A stretch of DNA of 64,000 bases from positions 20,500-84,499 of the forward strand of contig CAZQTD010000003.1 in the NCBI GenBank assembly GCA_964596355.1, given 5' to 3'. Of the stretch, positions 50,428 through 60,902 are shown piece after piece; position 1 is the first letter of the stretch, and every line of letters begins with the position of its first letter. Under the pieces are notes generated by a model. The model saw only the letters and a program-made list of their open reading frames with translations, was not told where the DNA came from and ran no database searches. Origin of the DNA: an uncultured Gammaproteobacteria bacterium. GTDB taxonomy: Bacteria; Patescibacteriota; Microgenomatia; UBA10105; UBA927. Made by a program: the position numbers and the translations under genes.

Positions 50428-51763
50428 AGACTACGACATTCGCGGCACATATCCCGATCAATTGAACGGCAAAGCGGCGGCGATGCTTGCCAATGCCATC
50501 GTAAAAATTCTCAAGCCGCGGACGGTAGCAATATGCCGCGACATGAGACTTTCCGGTCCCGAACTTCGCGACGGTATGGTGAGTGAACTGACGAACCTTG
50601 GCGTCAATGTTTTTGATGCGGGTTTGGTGGGGACGGAAATTGCGTATTTTATCGCGGGCACAGAGCCGTACGATGTCGTTATCATGATTTCTGCTTCGCA
50701 TAACCCGCCTGAATACAACGGATTTAAAATCGTTGCCCGCGGACCCGTTGCGATCACCGGCGACAACGGCCTCAACCAGATGAAAGACGTCGTTTATAAA
50801 GCGCCGCTCCCTCCTGCCGCTCAAAAGGGTGCAGTGACTTCGATTGATGTGTTTTCGCAGTGGAAAAAGAAGGTTCTTTCGCTCATTGACACAAAAACGC
50901 TTAAGCCTCTTTCCGTTGTTATCGACGCTGGCAACGGGATGGGAGGTGTTCTTGCGTCGAAAGTATTTGACACCCTTCCGCCGCGCGTTACGCCTTTGTA
51001 CTTTGAGCCAGACGGCCGCTTTCCGCATCACGTGCCCAATCCGCTTGTCGAATCTAATAACGCTGACCTTGTCGCGAAGGTTCGCGAATTGAATGCCGAC
51101 GTTGGCATTGCGTTTGACGGCGATGCAGACCGGCTGTTTCTTATCGATGACAAAGGACGGTTCGTTTCCGGCACAATCATCACCGCACTTCTTTCGCGCT
51201 ACATCCTGAAAAAATACCCGAAAGAGATGATCCTCTATAGCGCTGTGTGCGGCCGCATCGTACCGGAGACAATTACGAAATTCGGCGGCACGTACCGGCG
51301 TGTGCGCGTGGGCCACTCGTTCATGAAGCAGTATATGAAGGAGTATCACGCGATATTTGCAGGCGAACACTCGGGGCATTTTTACCACCGAGATTTTTTT
51401 AACTCCGAAAGCGGCGTTTTGACTGCTTTGATGATCCTTTCGCTTCTCTCATCTGACGGCCGCCGGCTTTCCGCTCTTGTTGATGAGCTTAATACGTATC
51501 CTGCAAGCGGCGAGCTAAATTTTCGCGTTCCAAACATTCCGCTTGTCCTCTCGTGCCTGAAGGATATCTATAAGGACGCCGCGTCTATTGATGAGCTTGA
51601 CGGTGTGAGCATCTGGTATCCAAATTATTGGTTTAATATCCGAGCAAGCAAAACCGAGCCGCTCATCCGCCTGAATGTCGAAGCGGACACCAAGGAACTT
51701 TTAGATCAGAAAACCAGTGAAATTACGGCAAAAATCAAATCATTTGGCGGGAAACCGGCATGA
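50402..51763 (+). CDS. Phosphomannomutase/phosphoglucomutase
   Basis: FKDYDIRG, SASHNP, FDGDADR, GEHSGH, IRASKTEP. Confidence 0.94.
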   Translation: MVIDISIFKDYDIRGTYPDQLNGKAAAMLANAIVKILKPRTVAICRDMRLSGPELRDGMVSELTNLGVNVFDAGLVGTEIAYFIAGTEPYDVVIMISASHNPPEYNGFKIVARGPVAITGDNGLNQMKDVVYKAPLPPAAQKGAVTSIDVFSQWKKKVLSLIDTKTLKPLSVVIDAGNGMGGVLASKVFDTLPPRVTPLYFEPDGRFPHHVPNPLVESNNADLVAKVRELNADVGIAFDGDADRLFLIDDKGRFVSGTIITALLSRYILKKYPKEMILYSAVCGRIVPETITKFGGTYRRVRVGHSFMKQYMKEYHAIFAGEHSGHFYHRDFFNSESGVLTALMILSLLSSDGRRLSALVDELNTYPASGELNFRVPNIPLVLSCLKDIYKDAASIDELDGVSIWYPNYWFNIRASKTEPLIRLNVEADTKELLDQKTSEITAKIKSFGGKPA

Positions 51764-52833
51764 ACTCACTTGATGACATAGAAACAATTATAGCGCGCGA
51801 TTCAGCAGGCGTTCTTCAAAGCACCGGACAGTTCTGTGATCAGTGCGAGCAGGCCTGGAGCGAAGCGTCTTCTTGTTTGTTTCCCACGCAATACGCCACG
51901 GTTGATGCTGTTGTCGTTCCGGGCATGGGCGGAAGCGGGTTTATGCCTCGAACGATTAAGGAGTTGTTTGCCGACCGCATCAAAACACCCTATGAAATCA
52001 TTGACGGCTACAGCCTTCCTGCCTACGTTGATCGAAAGACGCTCGTTATTCTTTCGTCGTATTCCGGTTCGACTGAAGAGGTGCTCGCGTGCGCGCAACA
52101 GGCGCTTGCAAAACGCGCAAGCGTCACTGCGGTGACAGCCGGCGGCCGCGTCGCACAGCTCATGAAGGATCATGATATGACGGCTTATATCTTTAATCCG
52201 CGCCATAACCCGTGCGGTCAGCCGCGAATCGGCGGAGGATACCTTTTTATGGGCCACCTGGGGCTGTTGTCCGCTCTCCACCTTATTGATATAAGCGACG
52301 CGGAAGTTCACAACGCCATTGTCCATGCGCGAACGGTGGCAAAAACCTGCGCGCTTGGCGTTCCCGCCGCACAAAATCCGGCCAAGCAGCTTGCCCTTCG
52401 GCTTAAAGATACCCACCCCTTCATAATTGCGAGCGAATTCTTGCGAGGCTTTGCCAACGGGTTTGCCAACCAGATAAACGAGACCGCAAAGATGATTTCT
52501 GATCATCGATCAATTCCGGAGCTTAACCACCACTTGATGGAAGGGTTGGCGCATCCGGATACGCTTGCCACAAACGCGCTGTTTCTTTTTATCGCGTCCG
52601 GCCTTTTTGACCACAGAATACGCAAGCGGTTCATTCTTACAGCGGACGTTGTCTCGAAGCAACAGATTGCGACACACACAATTACCCTAAAGGGAAATAC
52701 AAAGCTTGCGCAGGTTTTGGAGGGATTTGTGTTGAGCGGATTTACAACCTTTTATCTGGCCATGCTCTATGATGCCGACCCTGTTGCCATTCCGTGGGTA
52801 AACTATTTTAAAGATAAGCTTGCAACACAATGA
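51760..52833 (+). CDS. Bifunctional phosphoglucose/phosphomannose isomerase (SIS, archaeal-type)
   Basis: GMGGSG, SSYSGSTEE, QPR, QINETAK, PELNHH. Confidence 0.88.
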   Translation: MNSLDDIETIIARDSAGVLQSTGQFCDQCEQAWSEASSCLFPTQYATVDAVVVPGMGGSGFMPRTIKELFADRIKTPYEIIDGYSLPAYVDRKTLVILSSYSGSTEEVLACAQQALAKRASVTAVTAGGRVAQLMKDHDMTAYIFNPRHNPCGQPRIGGGYLFMGHLGLLSALHLIDISDAEVHNAIVHARTVAKTCALGVPAAQNPAKQLALRLKDTHPFIIASEFLRGFANGFANQINETAKMISDHRSIPELNHHLMEGLAHPDTLATNALFLFIASGLFDHRIRKRFILTADVVSKQQIATHTITLKGNTKLAQVLEGFVLSGFTTFYLAMLYDADPVAIPWVNYFKDKLATQ

Positions 52834-52945
52834 AGGATTTTGTCAGCCGTCTGTCAAGCGCGCGCCGCTTAATAATGCCAAAATCTGCCGATGCCATAAA
52901 AACATCCCTCTTGCGAAGAAGAGTGAATTTGTCCATACTAAGTGT

Positions 52946-55204
52946 ATGAAAAAAACCTATGTCATCTGGTTTAAGGATATCGATAAAAGGGATATTGATG
53001 ACGTTGGCGGCAAAGGCGCAAATTTGGGAGAAATGATGCGCGCGGGGCTACCGGTTCCGAACGGATTTGTGGTATCCGTTGAAGCGTACCGCGCGTTTTT
53101 AGACGCTGCCCACATCCGCGTAGGCATAGAGCAGGCGCTTCACGGACTTGACGTCAATGACAGTAAAGCGCTTGAAAAGGCTGCCAGAACGGTTCAAAGC
53201 ATCATCACCAGGTCGCAGTTTCCCAACGATATTGCCAGGGATATTATTAACGCCTATTTTAAGCTCAGCGGAGGAAGCATGAAGCACGCGCTGGTTGCTG
53301 TGCGATCTAGCGCGACAGCAGAAGATTTGCCCGGCGCGTCATTTGCCGGACAACAGGCGACATTTCTCAATGTACAAGGCGAGTCAAACGTTATTGAAAA
53401 AGTTAAAGAAGCGTGGGCGTCGCTTTTTACCGCGCGAGCGATTTTTTACCGTGCGACCAATTCTTTTGACCACTTTAAGGTTGGTATCGCCGTACCTGTC
53501 CAAAAAATGGTGGCGTCGGACAAATCAGGCATCATGTTTACGATTAACCCTGTGACGAACGATAAAAGCAGAGTGACCATCGAGGCGATTTTCGGGCTGG
53601 GAGAAATGATTGTTCAGGGAGCTGTCACTCCCGATCACTACGAAGTAGACAAAAAGACGCTCGACATTGTCGTCAAAGAGGCCCATGTGCAGGAAAAGGT
53701 GATGGTGAAAAAGGGAGGTCAGAATAAAATCCTACCGCTTTCTTCCGCGCGGGGCGGCCAAGTCAAGCTTGCCGATGGCGAAATCGTTGCACTAGCCAAG
53801 CTCGGTTTGAAACTGGAACAGCACTATTACTTTCCGCAGGACATTGAATGGGCCATTGAAGGGAAAAACATATTTATTGTTCAAACGCGACCCGTAACCA
53901 CCGTCGGAAAAGAAGCAACGCAGACAGTTGCCAAGGTGAACGCGGAGGTGATTGCCAAAGGCGACCCTGCAAGTCCGGGCGTCGCAAGCGGTCCGGTTAC
54001 GATGCTTGCAAGCGCCAAGGAGATTCACAAAATTTCTGCCGGGGATATTTTGGTGGCAGAACAAACGAATCCTGACTTCGTGCCCGCGATGCGCAAGGCT
54101 GTTGCTATTATCACCGAGCGCGGCGGCCGGACGAGTCACGCGGCGATTGTGTCGCGCGAGCTGGGCATTCCCGCCGTGGTTGGGACAAAGGATATTCGCG
54201 CGAAAGTCAAAGACGGCATGGTGGTGACAGTTAACGGCACGACGGGAGAAATCTACAACGGAGCTGTCGCTACCCGCGTTGAGCCCAAAAAAACCATTGA
54301 CACAAGCCACATGAAGACAGTTACACGAGTCTATGTCAATCTCGCTGAAGTCAGCCGCGCCAAGGATGTGGCGAAAATGAACTGCGACGGAGTGGGGCTT
54401 CTTCGAGCGGAGTTTATGATTGCCAATATCGGTACGCACCCCAAACGACTCATCGAGCAAAAAAAGCAGAAGGTTTTTGTTGATTCATTAAGCGAGCAGC
54501 TTGAGGTGTTTTGCGCATCGTTTAATCCGCGGCCGGTTGTTTACCGTGCGACAGACTTTAAAACAAATGAATACCGAAACCTCAAGGGCGGCGAGGCCTT
54601 TGAGCCCGAGGAGCCCAACCCGATGTTAGGATTTCGCGGTGCTGCGCGTTATCTTGCCAACTCCGACGTTTTCGAACTGGAACTTCAAGCAATCACGGTG
54701 GTGCGTGAAAAAATGGGATACAAGAACTTATGGTTGATGCTGCCGTTTGTGCGAACGCCCAAAGAGCTCATGGACGTCAAAGCGCTTATTGCTAAGCAGG
54801 GTATTTCCCGAAGCGCATCGTTTAAGCTGTGGCTCATGACGGAGATACCTACAAACGCCATCAGAATTGATGACTTTTTGGATGTTGGTGTTGACGGTGT
54901 ATCGATCGGCAGTAACGATCTAACCATGCTCATTTTGGGAACCGATCGAGACAACAGTGAGGTCGCCCACGACTTTTCCGAAATGGACAGTGCGGTTCTG
55001 TGGGCGTTTGATCGAATTGTTTCCCGATGCGCGGCGCGCGGCGTGACGAGCTCTATGTGCGGACAGGCGCCGTCCGATTACCCGGAGCTTGTTGAGCGTC
55101 TCGTTAAACAGGGCATTACCAGTGTTTCGGTTAATCCCGACGCGATCGACCGCGTGCGAGAGACGATCTATGAATGTGAAAAGACTGTGGCGCGCAAACA
55201 ATGA
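52946..55204 (+). CDS. ppsA: Phosphoenolpyruvate synthase
   Basis: VGGKGANLGE, AVRSSATAED, GGRTSHAAIVSRELG, GVGLLRAEF, SIGSNDL; ATG 6 nt after TTGCGA-17-CATACT. Confidence 0.95.
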   Translation: MKKTYVIWFKDIDKRDIDDVGGKGANLGEMMRAGLPVPNGFVVSVEAYRAFLDAAHIRVGIEQALHGLDVNDSKALEKAARTVQSIITRSQFPNDIARDIINAYFKLSGGSMKHALVAVRSSATAEDLPGASFAGQQATFLNVQGESNVIEKVKEAWASLFTARAIFYRATNSFDHFKVGIAVPVQKMVASDKSGIMFTINPVTNDKSRVTIEAIFGLGEMIVQGAVTPDHYEVDKKTLDIVVKEAHVQEKVMVKKGGQNKILPLSSARGGQVKLADGEIVALAKLGLKLEQHYYFPQDIEWAIEGKNIFIVQTRPVTTVGKEATQTVAKVNAEVIAKGDPASPGVASGPVTMLASAKEIHKISAGDILVAEQTNPDFVPAMRKAVAIITERGGRTSHAAIVSRELGIPAVVGTKDIRAKVKDGMVVTVNGTTGEIYNGAVATRVEPKKTIDTSHMKTVTRVYVNLAEVSRAKDVAKMNCDGVGLLRAEFMIANIGTHPKRLIEQKKQKVFVDSLSEQLEVFCASFNPRPVVYRATDFKTNEYRNLKGGEAFEPEEPNPMLGFRGAARYLANSDVFELELQAITVVREKMGYKNLWLMLPFVRTPKELMDVKALIAKQGISRSASFKLWLMTEIPTNAIRIDDFLDVGVDGVSIGSNDLTMLILGTDRDNSEVAHDFSEMDSAVLWAFDRIVSRCAARGVTSSMCGQAPSDYPELVERLVKQGITSVSVNPDAIDRVRETIYECEKTVARKQ

Positions 55205-55239
55205 TTCTTCGATTTTTCCGTGGGGGACCGGTGTAGGAC

Positions 55240-56511
55240 ATGGATTCAACCATTTATTCAGTAGCGGCTCGGGAAATTCTTGATTCCCGGGGGAACCCGA
55301 CAATAGAAACGACGGTTATCTTGCAAAGCGGCTACCGCGGCGTTGCGTCAGTTCCGGCCGGAGCGTCGATTGGCAAATACGAAGCAGTCGAACTGCGTGA
55401 TAAAGACGTCAAGCGATACGGCGGATTGGGAGTTCTTTGCGCCGTTCAAAACACCAATACCATCATTGTTGACAAGCTCAAAGGGTTAAACGCTCGCGAT
55501 CAAGCCTCGATAGATGCGCTTCTGATTGCGCTTGACGGAACGCCGAATAAAGCCCGCTTGGGAGCCAACAGCATACTGGGAGCATCGCTTGCCGTGTGCG
55601 CCGCGTACGCAAGTCATCAGCGCATTCCTCTGTATCAATACATTAATCTGCTGTACGGAAATGGAAAGCCGTCAGCAATGACGCGGGTACCCACGCCTAT
55701 TTTTAACGTCATCAACGGCGGCAAGCATGGCGGCGGCAACGTGGATTTTCAGGAATACCAGATTGTGCCTGCAACCAGCAAGCCGTTTCACGAGGCGCTT
55801 CAGATGGGCGTTGAGCTGTATCACGCACTGAAAAAGCTGCTTATCAATCGAGGCGCAGTCCATGCAACCGGCGACGAGGGAGGGTTTGCACCGAATCTTT
55901 CGACAAACTTGGATCCGATGGAACTGATGACCGAGACGATCCGGACGAGCACGTACAGGTTTGGCGTTGATATTTTTTTTGGCCTTGATATTGCCGCTTC
56001 ATCGTTTCGAAGCGAGCGAGGGTATCAGATCAAAGATCGGCCCGTGGCGTACCGCACGGGCGAATTTATCCAATACCTCAAGGATTTTCACAGAATGTAC
56101 CGACTGCTTATTCTCGAGGATCCCTTGGGAGAGGACGATTGGGATGGGTGGTCACAGCTCAACCGTGATGTAGGAAGTGAAATCGCACTCATTGGCGATG
56201 ACCTGTTGACAACAAACCCGGAACGTCTGCTTCACGCGATTGAAAAAAAAGCTTGTTCGGCGATACTCCTTAAGCCTAATCAAATCGGCACACTCACGGA
56301 ATTTCTGCAGGTTGTTACACTCGCAAAAAAACATGATATCCGTTGTGTCGTATCCCACAGGAGCGGCGAAACCAATGATACGTTTATTTCAGACCTCGCT
56401 GTCGCCGTCCAAGCAGACTATGTCAAATTTGGAGCACCCGCTCGCGGGGAACGCGTTGCAAAATATAACAGACTGCTTGCCATTGAGTCAGAACTGTTTC
56501 CTTCATCGTAA
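55240..56511 (+). CDS. eno: Enolase
   Basis: DSRGNPT, GDEGGFAP, LKPNQIG, SHRSGET, ERVAKYN. Confidence 0.95.
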   Translation: MDSTIYSVAAREILDSRGNPTIETTVILQSGYRGVASVPAGASIGKYEAVELRDKDVKRYGGLGVLCAVQNTNTIIVDKLKGLNARDQASIDALLIALDGTPNKARLGANSILGASLAVCAAYASHQRIPLYQYINLLYGNGKPSAMTRVPTPIFNVINGGKHGGGNVDFQEYQIVPATSKPFHEALQMGVELYHALKKLLINRGAVHATGDEGGFAPNLSTNLDPMELMTETIRTSTYRFGVDIFFGLDIAASSFRSERGYQIKDRPVAYRTGEFIQYLKDFHRMYRLLILEDPLGEDDWDGWSQLNRDVGSEIALIGDDLLTTNPERLLHAIEKKACSAILLKPNQIGTLTEFLQVVTLAKKHDIRCVVSHRSGETNDTFISDLAVAVQADYVKFGAPARGERVAKYNRLLAIESELFPSS

Positions 56512-56557
56512 ATATGGTATTGCATAATTAGTAAAGATCAGCTAACGTGGTAAGTAT

Positions 56558-57661
56558 ATGAAAGTCACCGTATCGGTTATTAAAGCGGATACCGGATCTA
56601 TCGGCGGTCACAACAGGCCAAGCGATGCGATGATCGCAAAAGCAAATGACCGCATGACTCAAGGCATTGCAAGCGGGCTTCTTACTGACGCGCGCGTCAC
56701 ATTCACCGGTGATGATATCGCGCTTACCATGGTGCATACGCGCGGAATTGATAATCCTGATATCCATAAATTCGCGTGGGATACGTTTGTGGAAACTACC
56801 AAGATCGCAAAAAGTCAAGGGTTATATGGAGCAGGTCAGGACCTCCTGAAAGATGCCTTCTCGGGAAATGTTCGCGGCATGGGGCCCGGATCAGCTGAAA
56901 TTGAATTTGAGGAGCGCACCGCGGAGCCGTTTGTGGTATTTGCAGGCGATAAATGCGGTCCGGGGGTATTCAATTACCCGCTGTTTGAGGCGTTTGCCAA
57001 TCCGTATCACAATGCGGGGCTTCTTTTGGCTCCTGAAATGAACGCAGGGTTTACATTTACGATTATGGATGTGAACTTTACAGATGCTGATAAGGTCATT
57101 ACGCTGAAAACGCCCAACGACTATTACGACATTTGCACGCTGCTGCGCGACCCCAATCATTATGTGATAGAAAGTGTGGTGGATAATGCCTCGGGGTTAA
57201 AAGCGGCTGTGGCGTCAACCAGCAGATTGCACAACATCGCGGGCAAATACGTGGGCAAAGATGACCCGGTTGCCATCGTACGCACACAAAAGCAGTTTCC
57301 ATCAACGGGAGAAATTCTTTCTCCGTGGGCGCTTGCGCACTATACGCTCGGTGATAACCGCGGAAGCCACCATGTGGCGGTTATGCCGGTGAAGCAAAAC
57401 GAAATCATTTCGTATTTTGACGGTCCAACCATCATGTCAGCCGCCGGCTACTGCGTCCATGAAGGCAAACTTACGGAAGCCGTGGATTATTTTGATCAGC
57501 CGTTCTGGGATGTCATACGAGAAAAGGCGGCTATAAAAACGCTGGAAATGCGCTCGCAAGGTTTTTACGGACCTTCTATGGCACCGATGGACGAGCTTGA
57601 ATATACCGGCGTAATGCAAAACCTAAAGCGTTTGGAGGCAAGATTTAAAGTCAGAAAATAA
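56558..57661 (+). CDS. Bifunctional fructose-1,6-bisphosphate aldolase/phosphatase (FBPase class V)
   Basis: SVIKADTGSIGGH, GDDI, GLYGAGQDLLKDAFSGN, YVGKDDP, RGSH, ELEYT. Confidence 0.94.
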   Translation: MKVTVSVIKADTGSIGGHNRPSDAMIAKANDRMTQGIASGLLTDARVTFTGDDIALTMVHTRGIDNPDIHKFAWDTFVETTKIAKSQGLYGAGQDLLKDAFSGNVRGMGPGSAEIEFEERTAEPFVVFAGDKCGPGVFNYPLFEAFANPYHNAGLLLAPEMNAGFTFTIMDVNFTDADKVITLKTPNDYYDICTLLRDPNHYVIESVVDNASGLKAAVASTSRLHNIAGKYVGKDDPVAIVRTQKQFPSTGEILSPWALAHYTLGDNRGSHHVAVMPVKQNEIISYFDGPTIMSAAGYCVHEGKLTEAVDYFDQPFWDVIREKAAIKTLEMRSQGFYGPSMAPMDELEYTGVMQNLKRLEARFKVRK

Positions 57662-57667
57662 CCAACG

Positions 57668-59404
57668 ATGGATACGTTGCCTGCCGAATTTATTCGAAAA
57701 GATGTTGCCTCGCTTAAGGTAAGGCCTAACCTGGCGAACATTGACGAGGCAGAAAAAACCAACCCCTGGGACGCAATCAACGATGAACTGACGTACTTTG
57801 AGGGCGGTGGTATTAACATAGCCTTTAATGCGATTGATCGGCACATCGGTACACCCATAGAGCATAAAACCGCGTTGCTTTGGGAAGGCGACAATAATGC
57901 GACGTCGTCGTTTACATTTGGAGAAATGGCCCGCTTGTCCAACCAGTATGCAAACTATCTTGCGGCGCATGGTGTCGCAAAAGGCGACCGTGTGTTCATG
58001 TTTCTTCCAAGAATTCCGCCTTTGTACGCCGCTGTATTAGGTACGTTGAAAACCGGAGCTGTCGTGGGTACAATGTTTAGCGCATTTCAGCAGCAAGCGC
58101 TTGTTGACAGACTGGAAAATAGCGGTGCGCGCGTGCTTTTCACGACGCGAGAACTTGGCAAGCGTCTCGACGGCACGAAAGACAAACTTCCTAAGCTAGA
58201 GCACATTGCGTATGTTGACAGCCCTGAATTTCTTGACGCGATTTCCAAACAAAGCGACGCATATTCGTGCGTGAAAACCATGCCGGATGACCACTCTTTC
58301 ATGCTCTACACGTCAGGAACAACCGGCAAGCCGAAAGGGGTTGTCCACGCGCATAAAGGCATTCGCCAGCAATACTTAACGGCCAAGTGGGTGTTAGATC
58401 TTCATCCGGAGGACATCTACTGGTGTACGGCGGATCCGGGATGGGTAACGGGATTAGTGTACGGCATTCTCGCTCCGTGGATGATGGGAATTACCATGGT
58501 TGTGCACGGCGGCAGATTTGATCCGAGCGTCTGGTACGGCATTTTGAAAAAATATAATGTAACTGTTTGGTACACGGCTCCCACCGCCATTCGCATGCTC
58601 ATGGCCAAGGGCATCGAGCTCGTTCAGTCTTTTCAATTGACAAGCCTGCGCCATCTGTGCAGTGTCGGCGAACCTCTCAATCCGGAAGCAATTCGCTGGG
58701 GCGTTCACGCATTTGGATTGCCGTTTCACGACACATGGTGGCAGACAGAAACGGGAGCGATGATGATGGTTAATCTGCCGTGTGCTGATATAAAAATTGG
58801 TTCTATGGGAAAGCCGTTTCCTGGCATCGAAGCGGCAATTGTGGACGATGAAGGGAAACCATTGCCAAATAACACCGAGGGAAACCTCGCGTTCCGCCCC
58901 GGCTGGCCTTCCATGATGGTTGCTATTTGGAACAATGAAGAAAAGTATTCATCTTATTTCGTGAACGGTTGGTACATTTCAGGCGACCGCGCGTGGAAGG
59001 ATGACGATGGATACTACTGGTTTATCGGACGAGCTGATGATGTCATTAAAACGTCGGGTGAGCGCGTGGGGCCGTTTGAAGTAGAGTCCGCGCTTGTGGA
59101 ACATCCGGAAGTGGCAGAAGCAGGCGTTATTGGCAAACCAGACGACGTACGCGGAGAGATCGTGAAGGCATTTGTCGTTTTGAAGGATCCCAAAAAGTAC
59201 GCTGATGCCGCTTCACAAGAAGCGCTAAAGAGCGAGTTGAGCGAACACGTTAAAAAGCACCTCGCCGGCCATGCGTACCCACGAGAAGTGGAATTCATCG
59301 ACAAACTCCCCAAAACCAGAAGCGGCAAAATCATGCGTCGGATTCTTAAAGCAAAGGAAATGGGACTGCCGATCGGCGACACCTCAACGCTTGAGGAGTA
59401 TTAG
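57668..59404 (+). CDS. acs: Acetate-CoA ligase (AMP-forming)
   Basis: YTSGTTGKPKG, WCTADPGWVTG, SVGEPLNP, DTWWQTETG, LPKTRSGKIMRR. Confidence 0.92.
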   Translation: MDTLPAEFIRKDVASLKVRPNLANIDEAEKTNPWDAINDELTYFEGGGINIAFNAIDRHIGTPIEHKTALLWEGDNNATSSFTFGEMARLSNQYANYLAAHGVAKGDRVFMFLPRIPPLYAAVLGTLKTGAVVGTMFSAFQQQALVDRLENSGARVLFTTRELGKRLDGTKDKLPKLEHIAYVDSPEFLDAISKQSDAYSCVKTMPDDHSFMLYTSGTTGKPKGVVHAHKGIRQQYLTAKWVLDLHPEDIYWCTADPGWVTGLVYGILAPWMMGITMVVHGGRFDPSVWYGILKKYNVTVWYTAPTAIRMLMAKGIELVQSFQLTSLRHLCSVGEPLNPEAIRWGVHAFGLPFHDTWWQTETGAMMMVNLPCADIKIGSMGKPFPGIEAAIVDDEGKPLPNNTEGNLAFRPGWPSMMVAIWNNEEKYSSYFVNGWYISGDRAWKDDDGYYWFIGRADDVIKTSGERVGPFEVESALVEHPEVAEAGVIGKPDDVRGEIVKAFVVLKDPKKYADAASQEALKSELSEHVKKHLAGHAYPREVEFIDKLPKTRSGKIMRRILKAKEMGLPIGDTSTLEEY

Positions 59405-59427
59405 GCCGTGTGATAGTATCCCCGAAT

Positions 59428-60111
59428 ATGGATGCGATGAAGGATGTTGCCGATATCGTTGTTCACCTCGACACACATTTGGCAGCGCTTGTCAATCAGT
59501 ACGGCACTGTCGCGTACGCCATACTTTTTGTTATCATTTTTGCCGAAACCGGATTTGTCGTCACACCATTCCTTCCGGGCGATTCACTGCTTTTTGCGGC
59601 AGGCGCCATTGCGTCACTGGGATCACTTCGCATTGACGTCGTGCTTGCAATTCTTATCTTCGCTGCGATACTTGGGGATACGGTCAATTACTGGGTTGGA
59701 CACTTTTTCGGCAGAACAATCGTTGACAATCCGCGCATTCGGTTTATTAACCAGCAGCATATCGACAAAACAGAACGATTTTACAAAACATACGGAGGAA
59801 AAACGATCTTCCTCGCGCGGTTCATTCCAATTATTCGTACATTCGCGCCGTTTGTTGCTGGCGTTGGGTCGATGACCTATTCCAAATTTATTCTGTTTAA
59901 CGTCATTGGGGGTGTCACGTGGGTGACAGTATTTACCATCATGGGGTACTTGTTCGGCAACATTCCTATTGTCAAGGACAATTTTCATTACGCGGTTGTT
60001 GCCATTATTGGGCTTTCGCTTGTCCCCATCGTGTACGAATACGTTTCGCACAGAATACTACAAAAAAATCCTAACGTTTTGAATAAGGAGGGCAACCGAA
60101 ACAACGCGTAA
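59428..60111 (+). CDS. dedA: DedA family membrane protein
   Basis: FAETG..PFLPGDSLLF, ARFIPIIRTFAPFVAG. Confidence 0.94.
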   Translation: MDAMKDVADIVVHLDTHLAALVNQYGTVAYAILFVIIFAETGFVVTPFLPGDSLLFAAGAIASLGSLRIDVVLAILIFAAILGDTVNYWVGHFFGRTIVDNPRIRFINQQHIDKTERFYKTYGGKTIFLARFIPIIRTFAPFVAGVGSMTYSKFILFNVIGGVTWVTVFTIMGYLFGNIPIVKDNFHYAVVAIIGLSLVPIVYEYVSHRILQKNPNVLNKEGNRNNA

Positions 60112-60120
60112 AAGAAACGA

Positions 60121-60744
60121 TTATACAAATTTTCGGATGAGTCCAACGACTTTTCCCTGAATTTTGACGTGCGTGGTAAATATTGGCGACATCGTTGCGT
60201 TGGCAGGGGCGAGTTTAATTCGTTGCTTTTCAAAATAAATGCGCTTAAGCGTGGCAAGTCCGTTTGGCAAAAGCGCAACGACGATATCGCCGTTTTGCGC
60301 GTCTGTTTGATGTTGTACCACGACATAATCTCCATCCAAAATACCGTCCTCAACCATGGATTGACCTTTGACTTGCAACACGTAGCTGGGTTTATTTCCG
60401 GCAATCATGCCCGGAGCAACGGAAATGTAGAAATTCGGATCAGTGTACGGTTCAAGCGGCGCGCCGGCGGCAATGAAGCCCAGGACAGGAAGCTCAACTG
60501 CCGTCGTCCCTGCTCCAGATTTATATTTATCCTCGACGACCTCCAGCCCTCGCGCAGTGCCGTCAAGTTTTTTAATGAATCCTTTTTCCCGAAGTCGCGC
60601 AATGTGCTCATGAACCGTCGCGGCGGAATTCATGCCAAGCGCATCGCCAATTTCCTTAAGCGTCGGCGCATAGCCGAATCGCTGGATAAATTGCGTAATA
60701 AATTCAATGATCTGTCGTTCTTTGGTATACAGTGTGGGCGGCAT
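60121..60744 (-). CDS. lexA: SOS repressor LexA
   Basis: HTH (GYAPTLKEIG..ATVHEH), cleavage site IAAG, catalytic GQSM and TLK. Confidence 0.95.
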   Translation of the reverse strand: MPPTLYTKERQIIEFITQFIQRFGYAPTLKEIGDALGMNSAATVHEHIARLREKGFIKKLDGTARGLEVVEDKYKSGAGTTAVELPVLGFIAAGAPLEPYTDPNFYISVAPGMIAGNKPSYVLQVKGQSMVEDGILDGDYVVVQHQTDAQNGDIVVALLPNGLATLKRIYFEKQRIKLAPANATMSPIFTTHVKIQGKVVGLIRKFV

Positions 60745-60806
60745 ATGCGCTGTGTGACTAAAGCTTCACGGCTTACCACTCAATCAATGGCACGTTCTTT
60801 TTTTAG

Positions 60807-60860
60807 CCGAATATGTGATATGATCATATTGAGTATTCCAAATAAAAACCGAATTGTCAA
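60807..60860 (-). promoter_or_regulatory. lexA promoter with candidate LexA box in the spacer
   Basis: Minus strand TTGACA-ATTCGGTTTTTATTTGG-AATACT; extra ATTCGG half-site at 60807-60812. Confidence 0.65.
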
Positions 60861-60902
60861 TACATCGAAACACGGTATAAATAGATCACTATTAGACAAC
60901 CG

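Noticed and set aside
50321-51388. 355-aa ORF antisense to PMM/PGM
   Set aside because: Antisense shadow ORF expected from codon bias; no domain signal
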